The notes under the pieces were generated by a model. It saw only the letters and a list, made by a program, of their open reading frames with translations. It was not told the DNA's origin and made no database searches. Below, piece after piece: positions 10,041-19,355 of a DNA stretch of 32,541 bases (the first letter of the stretch is position 1; every line of letters starts with the position of its first letter). Source of the stretch: Candidatus Fermentibacteraceae bacterium (lineage in GTDB: Bacteria; Fermentibacterota; Fermentibacteria; Fermentibacterales; JCC-6). Where the stretch lies: contig JAWLEP010000031.1 in the NCBI GenBank assembly GCA_041686025.1, positions 1 to 32,541 on the forward strand, written 5' to 3'. The translations under genes were made by a program, and so were the position numbers.

Positions 10041-10728
10041 GGTAACCGGAGCCGTACTGCTGCGCTGCGGCGAGTGCCTGCAGGAGCTCTCCGGCCTCCC
10101 CGACGACAGCATCTTCCTCTGCCGCAACTGCGGCCGGGCCTGGGTCAGCGGGGACCGGGGGCTGACCCGGGTGGGGGTCTCCCTGTGGGGGGAGGCGGGA
10201 GACGGGATGGTCTTTTTGCCCTTCTGGAGGGTGGAGGCGGACATCACCGTTCACGAGAGGACCACGCGACGGAGGTCGGTAAGAACCCCGGCCACCGCGC
10301 CCAGGGACTACGACCCCCTTGCCGAGAGGGGGCTTCAGACCGAGTCTGGACGCAGGGTCCTGCGCAGCTACCTGGTTCCGGCGGTGGTAAACGGCCGGGC
10401 GCTCTCCATCGGCGTGAAGCTCCGCTCCAGCCGGCCGGACCTGGTGCCCTACGAGGGCTCCACCCCGCTCATGGTGGGCGGCAGCGTGGACGCGGACGAC
10501 GCCGTGGAGCTGTCGCGGGCCATCGCGGTGGGGGAGGAGGTGGCCAGGTCCGATTTCCTGGCCAGCCTCGACATCGAGCTGCACCCCATGGAGGTCGACC
10601 TTATGGGAATCGCCTGCAGGGCGGGCGAAAGGGGCTTCGAGATACCCGGAGCGGGCATAGCCATGCGATACGCCGACACCGAGGACCGGGCCGCGATACT
10701 GAAGAGGAACGGGCTGTCCCGGGACTGA
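10033..10728 (+). CDS. soluble zinc-ribbon protein, paralog 3
   Basis: CGEC-x14-CRNC and FLPFWRV. GGGAGG RBS. Overlaps the previous gene by 8 bp. No TM segment. Confidence 0.8.
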   Translation: MSEVTGAVLLRCGECLQELSGLPDDSIFLCRNCGRAWVSGDRGLTRVGVSLWGEAGDGMVFLPFWRVEADITVHERTTRRRSVRTPATAPRDYDPLAERGLQTESGRRVLRSYLVPAVVNGRALSIGVKLRSSRPDLVPYEGSTPLMVGGSVDADDAVELSRAIAVGEEVARSDFLASLDIELHPMEVDLMGIACRAGERGFEIPGAGIAMRYADTEDRAAILKRNGLSRD

Positions 10729-10743
10729 TCCCTTCCCGGCGCA

Positions 10744-10773
10744 TTGACCGCCGCCGCGGCCGTTTCATAGAGT
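10744..10773 (+). promoter_or_regulatory. possible sigma70 promoter for yebC-ruvCAB-queH
   Basis: TTGACC (10744-10749), 18-bp spacer, TAGAGT (10768-10773), upstream of a GGGGAGGA RBS. Confidence 0.4.
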
Positions 10774-10807
10774 TGCACAGGCATTCACGACGAACGGGGA
10801 GGACGAG

Positions 10808-11533
10808 ATGTCCGGACACAATAAATGGAGCTCCATCAAGCACAAGAAGGGCAAGGCCGACGCAGCCAGGGGCCGCATCTTCAGCCGGCTGGTCAAGGAG
10901 ATTACCGTAGCGGCCCGCGACGGCGGCGGCGACCCCGACATGAACCCCAGGCTCAGGGTGGCCATAGAGAACGCCAAGTCCCATAACATGCCCAACGAGA
11001 ACATCGAGCGGGCCATCAAGCGGGGGACCGGCGAGCTGGAGGGGGTGGAGTACGAGGAGATCACCTACGAGGCCTACGGCCCCGGCGGGGTGGCCATCCT
11101 CATCGAGGCCCTCACCGACAACCGAAACCGGGCCGCCGCCGAGATCAGGCACATCGTCAGCAAGGGCGGAGGCAACCTGGGCTCCCGCAACAGCGTGGCC
11201 TACATGTTCCACACCGTCGGCCAGATCATGATCGACGGCAGCGAGTTCGACGAGGACACGGTGCTGGAGGCCGCCCTGGAGGCGGGGGCGGAGGACGTGG
11301 TGCTGGAGGACGACAGCATCGTGGTCACCACCGACCCCTCGGACCTCTACGAGGTGAAGCAGGGCCTGGAGACCGCCGGAGTGGCGGTGGACAACGCCGA
11401 GGTGACCAAGGTCCCGGACAGCACCATGCCCCTCTCCGAGGAGGACGCCGAGAAGGCCCTGAAGCTCCTTCACCAGCTGGAGGAGCACGACGACGTCCAG
11501 GACGTCCATACCAACCTGGAGCTCGTGGATTAG
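10808..11533 (+). CDS. yebC: YebC/PmpR family protein
   Basis: MSGHNKWSSIKHKK...NPRLR...YEAYGPGGVA..TDNRNR...LEEHDDVQDV, in the conserved position before ruvC. Confidence 0.97.
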   Translation: MSGHNKWSSIKHKKGKADAARGRIFSRLVKEITVAARDGGGDPDMNPRLRVAIENAKSHNMPNENIERAIKRGTGELEGVEYEEITYEAYGPGGVAILIEALTDNRNRAAAEIRHIVSKGGGNLGSRNSVAYMFHTVGQIMIDGSEFDEDTVLEAALEAGAEDVVLEDDSIVVTTDPSDLYEVKQGLETAGVAVDNAEVTKVPDSTMPLSEEDAEKALKLLHQLEEHDDVQDVHTNLELVD

Positions 11534-11534
11534 A

Positions 11535-12035
11535 TTGGCCCCCGGCCGCAGCGACCGCTGGCTGGGCATAGACCCCGGGCTGAGGGTTACCGGCTACGGG
11601 GTTCTGGAGAGCGGCGGCGGAAAGCTCGCGCTCCTGGACGCCGGGACCATCCGCTCCACCGCCAGCCGCAGCCTTCCCTACCGGATAAACGAGCTGTACG
11701 AGTCGCTCCTGGAGGTCATCGAGGACTTCGCCCCCGAGGTGATGGGCCTGGAAGAGGTCTACTCCCACTACAGGCATCCGCGCACGGCCATAATCATGGC
11801 CCACGCCAGGGGGGCGCTCTGCCTGGCGGCCCAGCGCTCGGGCCTGGAGGTGGTGTCCATACCGGCCTCCCGGATCAAGAAGATGGTCACCGGCTCGGGC
11901 AGGGCGGGCAAGCAGCAGGTGAGCGGCATGGTGCGCGATCTGCTGGGCATCGAGCAGGAGATCAGGCCCGACGACGTATCCGATGCCCTTGCCGCCGCCA
12001 TAGCCGTGTACGAATGTTGCAGGCATGATCGATAG
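11535..12035 (+). CDS. ruvC: Holliday junction resolvase RuvC
   Basis: LGIDPGLRVTGYG, LEE, IKKMVTGSGRAGKQQV, DDVSDALA; synteny. Confidence 0.96.
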   Translation: MAPGRSDRWLGIDPGLRVTGYGVLESGGGKLALLDAGTIRSTASRSLPYRINELYESLLEVIEDFAPEVMGLEEVYSHYRHPRTAIIMAHARGALCLAAQRSGLEVVSIPASRIKKMVTGSGRAGKQQVSGMVRDLLGIEQEIRPDDVSDALAAAIAVYECCRHDR

Positions 12036-12624
12036 AGTCGACGGCGTGATAGAGGCGGTGGGGGAGGACCACATCCTCCTCCGCACCGGCCCGCTGGTCC
12101 TGAGGCTGCTGGCCCCGGCCTACTTCCTGCGGAAGGTCCGCTCGGGGCAGGGGCTGGAGGCGCCCGTCTACCTGCATCTGCAGATGGAGGGCAACCGCGT
12201 GGTTCCCCTGCTGGTGGCCTTCCCCAGCACCGAGGACCGGGGCTTCTTCGAGAGGTTCATCTCGGTGTCGGGAGTGGGAGTGCGGGGTGCCGTGAAGGCC
12301 CTGGCCCGTCCCGCCTCGGAGATAGCGTCCACCATCGCCAGGGGGGACGTAAAGGGGCTTACCGTGCTGCCGGGCATCGGCAGGGCCAGGGCCAAGACCA
12401 TAGTGGCCAAGCTGCAGGACAGCCTGGCGCAGGAGTACCCGTTCGCCGCCGGCGCCGCAGGCGGGGAGGCCACGGCGGCCTCCGAGGCCGTCAGCGTCCT
12501 CCGCCAGCTGGGACTCGACTCCTCCACGGCCTCCGATCTGGCCCGCAGGGCCTGCGAGGAGCTGGGCCGGGAGGCGGAGAGCGGCGAGATTGTGAAGCTG
12601 GCCATGCGCCTGCGGGGCACCTGA
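12025..12624 (+). CDS. ruvA: Holliday junction branch migration protein RuvA
   Basis: MIDRVDG, HhH motifs VSGVG and LPGIGRARA, C-terminal EAVSVLRQLG; lies between ruvC and ruvB. Confidence 0.93.
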   Translation: MIDRVDGVIEAVGEDHILLRTGPLVLRLLAPAYFLRKVRSGQGLEAPVYLHLQMEGNRVVPLLVAFPSTEDRGFFERFISVSGVGVRGAVKALARPASEIASTIARGDVKGLTVLPGIGRARAKTIVAKLQDSLAQEYPFAAGAAGGEATAASEAVSVLRQLGLDSSTASDLARRACEELGREAESGEIVKLAMRLRGT

Positions 12625-13643
12625 TGGCGCGCGAGTCCGTGCTCTCGGCGGACGCCCAGAACGGGGACGAGCGTGTACTGACCTCCCTGCGGCCCAGGCA
12701 TCTGTCCGAGTACGTGGGCCAGGAGTCGGTAAAGAGCAGCCTGTCCATTGCCATACAGGCGGCCAGGGAGAGGGCGGAGCCCCTGGAGCACCTGCTCTTC
12801 CACGGACCGCCGGGGCTGGGCAAGACCACGCTGGCTCACGTGATCTGCAACGAGATGGAGGCCGAGCTGGTGTCCACCTCCGGACCTGCCCTGGAGCGGG
12901 CGGCGGACCTGGTGGGCATACTCACCAACCTCTCCGTGGGCGACATTCTCTTCATCGACGAGATCCACCGCCTTCCCAAGGTGGTGGAGGAGTACCTCTA
13001 CCCTGCCATGGAGGACTTCGAGATCGACTTCGTCATCGACCCCGGCCCCCACGCCCGCACGGTGAAGCTGGAGCTGGCCAGGTTCACGGTGATAGGGGCC
13101 ACCACCCGGGCGGGGCTTCTGACGGGCCCGCTGAGGGATCGCTTCGGCATCTCACTGCACCTGGACTTCTACGGAGAGAGGGACCTGGCCAGGATCGTGA
13201 ACAGGTCCGCCGGCATACTGGACCTGGACATAAGTCCGGAGGCCGCCCTGTGCATAGCCCGCCGCTCCCGGGGCACCCCCCGGATAGCCAACAGGCTTCT
13301 GAAGAGGGTCCGCGACTACGCACAGGTCTGCCGCCGGGAGACCATCGACGAGGACTCCTCCGTGGAGGCCATGGACCTCCACGGTGTGGACGAGGCCGGC
13401 CTCGACCGCCTGGACAGGAAGTACCTGAAAGTGATCATCCGGCAGTACGGCGGGGGACCGGTGGGGGTGGCGGCCCTGGCGGCCACCCTGAACGAGGAGC
13501 AGGACACGCTTATCGACGTGGTGGAGCCATTCCTGCTGATATCCGGCTTCCTCAACCGCACCAGCAGGGGCAGGATGGCCACCCCCAAGGCCTGCCGCCA
13601 CCTGGGCTATCCCGTGGGCGGACAGGGAGCGCTGGAGCTCTAG
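12624..13643 (+). CDS. ruvB: Holliday junction branch migration ATPase RuvB
   Basis: LRP...YVGQ, GPPGLGKTT, FIDEIHR, GATTRAG..PLRDRFG, SRGTPRIANRLL, GGPVG. Confidence 0.98.
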   Translation: MARESVLSADAQNGDERVLTSLRPRHLSEYVGQESVKSSLSIAIQAARERAEPLEHLLFHGPPGLGKTTLAHVICNEMEAELVSTSGPALERAADLVGILTNLSVGDILFIDEIHRLPKVVEEYLYPAMEDFEIDFVIDPGPHARTVKLELARFTVIGATTRAGLLTGPLRDRFGISLHLDFYGERDLARIVNRSAGILDLDISPEAALCIARRSRGTPRIANRLLKRVRDYAQVCRRETIDEDSSVEAMDLHGVDEAGLDRLDRKYLKVIIRQYGGGPVGVAALAATLNEEQDTLIDVVEPFLLISGFLNRTSRGRMATPKACRHLGYPVGGQGALEL

Positions 13644-13644
13644 G

Positions 13645-14244
13645 ATGAGGCTTCTGCTCCACGTCTGCTGCGCCCCCTGCCTGACGGTGGTCCTGGAGGG
13701 CTACCGGGAGCTGGGCTACGATGTGACCGGCCTCTTCTACAACCCAAACATCCACCCCTGGAAGGAGCGGCAGAGGCGGCTGGATTCCCTGCGGAGCTAC
13801 GCCTCGGAGGTTGAGATGGCCCTGCTGGTGGACGAGGCGTACCCGCTGGAGGAGAACCTGCGAATGCTCCTGGCCGCCCCCAACAGGTGCGCCGCATGCT
13901 TCGCCCACCGTCTTGACGAGACCGCCCGCCGGGCCGCCGAAGGGGGCTTCGAGAGGTTCGCCACCACCCTCACCGTGAGCCCCTACCAGAGACCGGACCT
14001 AATCCTGGAGGCCGGCACGGCTGCGGCAGCCGCGCACGGGGTCGACTTCTCATTCCGGGACTACCGGCCGGCCTTCCGCACTTCCGTGGAGATGTCCAGG
14101 GCGCTGGGCCTCTACCGGCAGCCCTACTGCGGATGCGTGATGAGCGAGAGGGACCGCTACCTGGGAATCGCTTCGCCCGGGCAGGGCGAGGAGAGGTTCT
14201 ACGAGGCGGGAGAGCCCGGACCGGAGAGGATCATCGGGGGCTGA
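13645..14244 (+). CDS. queH: epoxyqueuosine reductase QueH (DUF208)
   Basis: LLHVCCAPC, FYNPNIHP, RCAAC..RL, TTLTVSPYQ, YRQPYCGC. Confidence 0.93.
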   Translation: MRLLLHVCCAPCLTVVLEGYRELGYDVTGLFYNPNIHPWKERQRRLDSLRSYASEVEMALLVDEAYPLEENLRMLLAAPNRCAACFAHRLDETARRAAEGGFERFATTLTVSPYQRPDLILEAGTAAAAAHGVDFSFRDYRPAFRTSVEMSRALGLYRQPYCGCVMSERDRYLGIASPGQGEERFYEAGEPGPERIIGG

Positions 14245-15802
14245 GCGCCTCCGGGCCTCTGGGCGCGATCCTGTACACCTCAACGCTGAAGCCGCCGCGT
14301 CTTATCACGGTGTCCATCCTCATGGTATGCGTCGACGAGTGCCCGGCCCGAACGCTGTCCGCCAGCGCAAGCTCATGCGGGCTCCTATGCCCGATGACGG
14401 CGGTATACGAGGCATTCCGATCCAGCGGGGCCCGCATGTCCCGGCCGGCCACCGGCCTGCGGACGTAGCCCACGTCCGGGTCGGAGAGCTTCTGCAGGTG
14501 CAGCCGGCTCACCAGCAGCGTGTCGCCGGATTGGGCGGCGTAGCGAATGGCGTCCCTCAGGGCCTGCTGGTCAAGCACCCAGGCCAGGTTGGATTCCGGC
14601 TGCGCCGCCGATGCCGCGCTCCTGTTGCTCCCCAGAGCCAGGGCGGCAAAGAGGCCTCCCAGCAGCAGAGCGAGCCTTCGGTTTCCCATCCTCCTCACCG
14701 CGGAGAGCGATCCGGCCACCACCGCCGGAACCGCCAGGATGAGGTAGCGGTAGAGGTCCAGCGGAGAGGGGGAGATGACCACCACCAGCACGAAGAAGAG
14801 CCCCGTGGCCGCCGGCAGGGCCAGCGTCGCCGCCGGTCCCCTGGCCGGCGGGCCCCACCTGAGAACCCACAGGGAAACGGCGGCGATCATCACCGCAAGC
14901 CAGAGCAGCCGCCCCGGAGGATGGAGGACGGCGGGGCTGAGCAGGAGAAGGACGAACGCGGCGGAGCTGCGCCTTCGGCCGCCGGCGGCCAGGGCGGCGG
15001 CGGCCGTTACGGGCAGCCATCGCCAGCCGTCGGCGAAGAGGAATCCGAAGAAGCTTCTGAAGCGCTCCAGGAGAACCCCCGGACCCACTGTCTCCGGCCC
15101 GCCCAGGTGGGTTCCGAAGAAGAAGTAGCCGTTCACCAGCAGGTATGCCAGGCCGTTCAGGAGGAGTACCGCCGCCGGAGAGGCCAGCAGCAGAAGCCTG
15201 CCGGGCCGGCGCCACCCGCCGTGCAGGAGCTCCACCCCCACCAGGACTGCGGGGAGGAGCACCGCCTGCTCGCGAAGGGCGACGGCCAGGGCGGCGGTGA
15301 GCGCCGCTGCCGCCTGCCGGCCCCTTGCGTAGAAGAGCAGGGTCCAGGTGGCGGCCGCGGCGACTGCCACGTCCGGCAGGGGATTCACGGAGTTGGCCAG
15401 GAAGATCGGCGTGGCCAGCAGCGCCGCCGACGCCGCGATGGCGGTGGCCCGGCAGCGGGATAGAAGGAGAGTCAGCCTGTACGTGCCCCACAGGGCGAAG
15501 AAGGTGGCGGCCGCCGGCAGGATGTGGGCCACCCGGAGGCTGTTCCCCAGCACCGCGATGAGCACCGCCCACAGCCAGAAGAACAGCGGAGGATGACCCA
15601 TGGCCTGCTGGCCGCGGCCGGGCCCCGCGGGGATCGGCTGCAGGCCGTTGTCGGCCATCCAGACCGCCGACCGGTAGCCGTAGCCCCAGGCGTCCCCGTA
15701 CAGCGGTATGTTGCACAGCAGCAGGTAGAGCGCGATGGTGACCGCCAGAAGGCCCAGCAGCACCAGTCGGTCGCCGCGCTTTCCCGGGTGGGCCTCAGGC
15801 AA
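14231..15802 (-). CDS. polytopic membrane glycosyltransferase, GT-C fold (ArnT/PMT-like)
   Basis: First TM followed by YGDA, then HPPLFFWL, many hydrophobic helices, LYRYLILAVP near the C-terminal TMs and a soluble tail. Overlaps the pyrI stop. Confidence 0.8.
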   Translation of the reverse strand: MPEAHPGKRGDRLVLLGLLAVTIALYLLLCNIPLYGDAWGYGYRSAVWMADNGLQPIPAGPGRGQQAMGHPPLFFWLWAVLIAVLGNSLRVAHILPAAATFFALWGTYRLTLLLSRCRATAIAASAALLATPIFLANSVNPLPDVAVAAAATWTLLFYARGRQAAAALTAALAVALREQAVLLPAVLVGVELLHGGWRRPGRLLLLASPAAVLLLNGLAYLLVNGYFFFGTHLGGPETVGPGVLLERFRSFFGFLFADGWRWLPVTAAAALAAGGRRRSSAAFVLLLLSPAVLHPPGRLLWLAVMIAAVSLWVLRWGPPARGPAATLALPAATGLFFVLVVVISPSPLDLYRYLILAVPAVVAGSLSAVRRMGNRRLALLLGGLFAALALGSNRSAASAAQPESNLAWVLDQQALRDAIRYAAQSGDTLLVSRLHLQKLSDPDVGYVRRPVAGRDMRAPLDRNASYTAVIGHRSPHELALADSVRAGHSSTHTMRMDTVIRRGGFSVEVYRIAPRGPEALSPR

Positions 15803-16268
15803 GCCGCACCCTTCCGGAGAGCAGGTCGGGCTCCACCGTGGTTACCCTTTCGCAGAAGCCGCACCTGTAGGTGATCCTGCCCCGGTCCTCCAGGGTGAAG
15901 TGGCTGGGCGCTCCCAGCTTGTTGGTTGCGCAGTTGGGATTGGGGCACCTAAGGACGCCGGAGACCGACTCGGGCAGCGATATCGTCCACTTCTCCGCCA
16001 CGCTCGATTCCTTGATGATGTTGATGGTGGCATCCGGCGCTATCAGGGCTATGGTGTCCGTCTCCGCCTTGGAAAGCTCGCGGTTCTCTATCTTTACGAT
16101 GTCCTTTCCTCCGGGAAGACGGCCGGAGGCGAAGCCGATGCCGATGGTCAGGATGCCCTGGTTGCCGAGACCCAGTATGCGGACCACCTGCAGGGCCCTG
16201 GGAGTGGGAATGTGATCTATGACCGTGCCGTTCTCTATGGCGTAGACCTTGTAGGCTCTCTGTCTCAC
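15795..16268 (-). CDS. pyrI: aspartate carbamoyltransferase regulatory chain
   Basis: GTG overlapping the pyrB stop (GTGA). VYAIENGTVIDHI, KDIVKIE, IAPDATINII, Zn ligands CPNPNC...CGFCE. C-terminal part of track ORF 15795..17207. Confidence 0.95.
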   Translation of the reverse strand: MRQRAYKVYAIENGTVIDHIPTPRALQVVRILGLGNQGILTIGIGFASGRLPGGKDIVKIENRELSKAETDTIALIAPDATINIIKESSVAEKWTISLPESVSGVLRCPNPNCATNKLGAPSHFTLEDRGRITYRCGFCERVTTVEPDLLSGRVRLA

Positions 16269-17197
16269 TGCAGTCCCCCCGTCACCAGCCCCAGAAGAGC
16301 CTGCCTGGTGGGTATGCCGTTGTGCGCCTGCTCGAAGTAGATGGCGTTCTCCAGGGCGTCCACCTCCTCGGCTATCTCGTCCACCCTGGGCAGGGGATGC
16401 ATTATGCTCACCTCTCCGCCCAGGGACAGCACCGTATCCGGCGTCACCCGGTAGCTGTGGGCCACGCTCTCGTACTCCTGGGGGTCTCCGAACCTCTCCC
16501 GCTGTATCCTGGTCACGTAGAGCACGTCCAGGTGCCGGTCCGCCGCCTGCTCGGGCTCCTCGGCCTCGTGGAAGGAGATCCCCGCAGCGCTCAGCTCCTC
16601 CTTGATCTGCTCGGGCATCCGCAGCGAGGGCGGCGAGATGAAGGTCATCTCCGAGCCGAACATGGCCATGGCATGGGTCAGCGAATGCACGGTCCTTCCG
16701 TACTTGAGGTCGCCCATCATGCCGACCTTCAGCCCTTCGAGGCGCCCGAAGCGCTCGTACATGGTGAAGAGGTCCAGGAAGGTCTGGGTGGGATGCTGGT
16801 TGGCGCCGTCGCCGGCGTTGACCACCGGAACGGACACCGTCCTGGAAGCCAGCCTCGCCGCCCCCTCCACCGGGTGGCGGATCACCATGGCCCGGCAGTA
16901 GCCCTCCACGGTCCTCACGGTGTCCGCGAAGGACTCCCCCTTGCTCTGCGAGGAGCCCGTGGGGTTCGCGAATCCGAACACCCTTCCGCCCTTCTGCAGT
17001 ACCGCCGACTCGAAGGACAGCCGGGTCCTGGTGGAAGGCTCGAAGAAGAGACAGGCCACCGCCATTCCGTCCAGGAAGTTGCCGTACCTGCCGGCTTTCA
17101 CCTCGCCGGTGGTCCTGACTATCCGCAAGAGGTCGTCGCTGTCCATGTCCCTCAGGGAGACGATGTCGCGTCCCCTGAAATCGTTCATCTCCACCAT
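16265..17197 (-). CDS. pyrB: aspartate carbamoyltransferase catalytic chain
   Basis: FFEPSTRTRLSFE, KGES..DT, RHP, NAGDGANQHPTQ..LD, GDLKYGRTVHSL, MHPLPR. GGAGGGAG RBS. Confidence 0.97.
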   Translation of the reverse strand: MVEMNDFRGRDIVSLRDMDSDDLLRIVRTTGEVKAGRYGNFLDGMAVACLFFEPSTRTRLSFESAVLQKGGRVFGFANPTGSSQSKGESFADTVRTVEGYCRAMVIRHPVEGAARLASRTVSVPVVNAGDGANQHPTQTFLDLFTMYERFGRLEGLKVGMMGDLKYGRTVHSLTHAMAMFGSEMTFISPPSLRMPEQIKEELSAAGISFHEAEEPEQAADRHLDVLYVTRIQRERFGDPQEYESVAHSYRVTPDTVLSLGGEVSIMHPLPRVDEIAEEVDALENAIYFEQAHNGIPTRQALLGLVTGGLQ

Positions 17198-17261
17198 CTC
17201 CCTCCATCCGGCCCGCGCCGGGAACCTCTCCCTCCGCCTTGCGCCCTCCGGCAGAGGCCCG

Positions 17262-17987
17262 TCACTCCCGGCCCTCGTTCTCTGCGGCGATCTCGCACTC
17301 TCTCGCCCTAACCCTCTGTAGCATATCGATTGAGTCCTCCGCGTCCAGCAGCGCCTGCACGAACGCCTCCTCCCGGATCATCCTGTTCAGCCTGGCCAGG
17401 AAGTGAAGGTGGGTGTCCGGCCGCCGGAAGGCCAGCAGGAAGAACAGGGAGGTGAGCCTGCCCCTCTCGGCCCCGAACGGTATCCCGTGGTGGGTTCTGG
17501 CCAGAATGATGATGTCGTCCTCCAGGTACAGCTTCCTGACGTCCCGGGGATGGGGAAAGGCCACCATGTTGTCCAGGGCGGTGCTGCCGGCGGTCTCCCT
17601 GGCCTCCAGCTCCTCCTGCAGCGCCCGCCGGTCCCACGTCCGGCCGGTTTCCACGGCCATCCCGGCCAGCTTGCGGAGCATGGAGGAGGCGGTGTTGGCG
17701 TTCACCCAGGGGTGCACCGTCTCGGGGGAGAGCGACTCGGTGACGAAGCAGGAGTCGCTGGGCAGGCCGGTGGACGCGGCACCTGCGAGGTCCATGTCCC
17801 GCAGCCTGTCCACGGTGAGGGAGTCGAACTCCCTCTCCAGCCAGGCGAGGACCTCGTCGCGCACCCAGTGCCTCTCCCCGGAGATCAGCCTGCTGTCCAG
17901 GCGGCTGCGGGAGAGTATGCGCTCGGTGTCGGGCAGGGACCTGCCCAGGATCCGGGCGATGTCCATCAGAGTAAGGAAGCTCCGCAT
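17262..17987 (-). CDS. PTS EIIA (PtsN/fructose-mannitol type) domain fused to an N-terminal excisionase-like HTH
   Basis: N-terminal LTLMDIARILG...W.RDEVLAWL HTH. EIIA motifs ARETAGSTAL..VAFPHPR (phospho-His), GIPFGA, HLHFLARL. Confidence 0.85.
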   Translation of the reverse strand: MRSFLTLMDIARILGRSLPDTERILSRSRLDSRLISGERHWVRDEVLAWLEREFDSLTVDRLRDMDLAGAASTGLPSDSCFVTESLSPETVHPWVNANTASSMLRKLAGMAVETGRTWDRRALQEELEARETAGSTALDNMVAFPHPRDVRKLYLEDDIIILARTHHGIPFGAERGRLTSLFFLLAFRRPDTHLHFLARLNRMIREEAFVQALLDAEDSIDMLQRVRARECEIAAENEGRE

Positions 17988-18021
17988 CTTCTCCCCGTCA
18001 GCGTGACCATTCCAGTTCAGC

Positions 18022-18049
18022 TTGCCTCCGTTAATATCGGGGCTATACT
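18022..18049 (+). promoter_or_regulatory. possible sigma70 promoter for pepT
   Basis: TTGCCT (18022-18027), 16-bp spacer, TATACT (18044-18049), in an AT-rich divergent intergenic region. Confidence 0.45.
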
Positions 18050-18077
18050 ACAAAAAAACAGACGATGAAGGGATGCC

Positions 18078-19295
18078 ATGGAAAGCCTTGTGAGCAGATT
18101 TCTCCGCTACGCGAAAGTACACACCACGTCGGACCCGGACTCCGATTCCACCCCCTCCACGCGGAGGCAGTTCGATCTCCTGTCGATGCTGGCCGAAGAG
18201 CTGGAGGACATGGGCGCCGACCACGTGTTCGTCGCCGAGGAGGGCACCCTCTACGCCTCCGTTCCGGGAAGCGGGCCCCCCATCGGGCTCATTGCCCATG
18301 TGGACACCTCCCCCGACGCCCCCGGCGAGAACGTCAGCCCCATGCTGCACGAGGGGTGGGACGGCTCGGCCATAGAGCTGCCCTCGGGCCAGGTCATAGA
18401 CCCGGCCGACTGCGAGGACATGCAAAGGTACGTGGGGGGGACCATCATCACCTCCGACGGCACCACCCTGCTGGGGGCGGACGACAAGGCGGGAGTTGCC
18501 GTGATAATGGAGACGGCCAGGACCCTCCTGGAGGACCCGTCCCTGCCCCGGCCGGATCTCAGGCTTGCCTTCACCACCGACGAGGAGGTGGGCCGGGGGG
18601 TGGAGGGCTTCGACACCGACCGCTTCGGAGCCCGCTTCGCCTATACCGTGGACGGGTCGGCGGTGGGGAGGGTGGACGACCGGACCTTCTCCGCATGGCA
18701 GGCGGAGTGGACCATAAGGGGCAGAGAGGTCCACCCGGGCTACGCCAGGGGCACCATGGTGAACGCAGTCCGCATGGTCTCGCAGCTGGTGTCCATGGTG
18801 GGGGGCGACAGGATGCCCGAGGCCAGCTCGGGCGAGGAGGGCTACATCTACCCGCACTCCCTGGAGGCCACCGTGGGCAGCGCCAGGCTGAAGATGCTGC
18901 TGCGCGACTTCACCTCCGAGGGAATGGAGGAGAGGATATCCCAGCTGCGGGCGATGCGCGACTACCTGGAGGCGGCATTTCCCGGCTCCGAGGTGGAGCT
19001 CTCGCTGGAGGAGCAGTACAGGAACCCCGCGGAGGTCCTGAGGGAGGACCCCAGGCCGGTGGAGTACGCTCTCGAGGGCACGAGGAGGGCGGGGCTGGAG
19101 CCGGTGAGGAGCTCGATACGCGGGGGAACCGACGGCTCCAGGCTCTCCTACATGGGCGTGCCCACGGTGAACCTCCCCACCGGCGGCGAGCTCTTCCACT
19201 CCCGCCGCGAATGGGTGGCGGCGGAGGGTCTGCGGCTGGCCCTCCAGACCGTTCTCCAGACGGTCTTCATCTGGGGCCGGGGCGGCACGGGCTAG
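18078..19295 (+). CDS. pepT: peptidase T (M20B tripeptidase)
   Basis: RFLRY, IAHVDTSPD, TLLGADDKAG, FTTDEEVG, AYTVDG, HPGYA, IRGGTDGSRLS, FHSRREW. Confidence 0.95.
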   Translation: MESLVSRFLRYAKVHTTSDPDSDSTPSTRRQFDLLSMLAEELEDMGADHVFVAEEGTLYASVPGSGPPIGLIAHVDTSPDAPGENVSPMLHEGWDGSAIELPSGQVIDPADCEDMQRYVGGTIITSDGTTLLGADDKAGVAVIMETARTLLEDPSLPRPDLRLAFTTDEEVGRGVEGFDTDRFGARFAYTVDGSAVGRVDDRTFSAWQAEWTIRGREVHPGYARGTMVNAVRMVSQLVSMVGGDRMPEASSGEEGYIYPHSLEATVGSARLKMLLRDFTSEGMEERISQLRAMRDYLEAAFPGSEVELSLEEQYRNPAEVLREDPRPVEYALEGTRRAGLEPVRSSIRGGTDGSRLSYMGVPTVNLPTGGELFHSRREWVAAEGLRLALQTVLQTVFIWGRGGTG

Positions 19296-19355
19296 CCTCC
19301 GGGAACCCCCTGCGTCCGCCGGGTATCTGCCTGGTGGACGGGAGAAGGGAGAATT

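Noticed and set aside
10808..14244. yebC-ruvCAB-queH cluster as novel
   Set aside because: yebC-ruvCAB is a widely conserved arrangement and queuosine genes often follow it.
15795..17207. 470-aa ORF as a PyrB-PyrI fusion or extended PyrI
   Set aside because: Only the last 157 aa are PyrI. The upstream part is an alternate frame over pyrB, which has its own stop.
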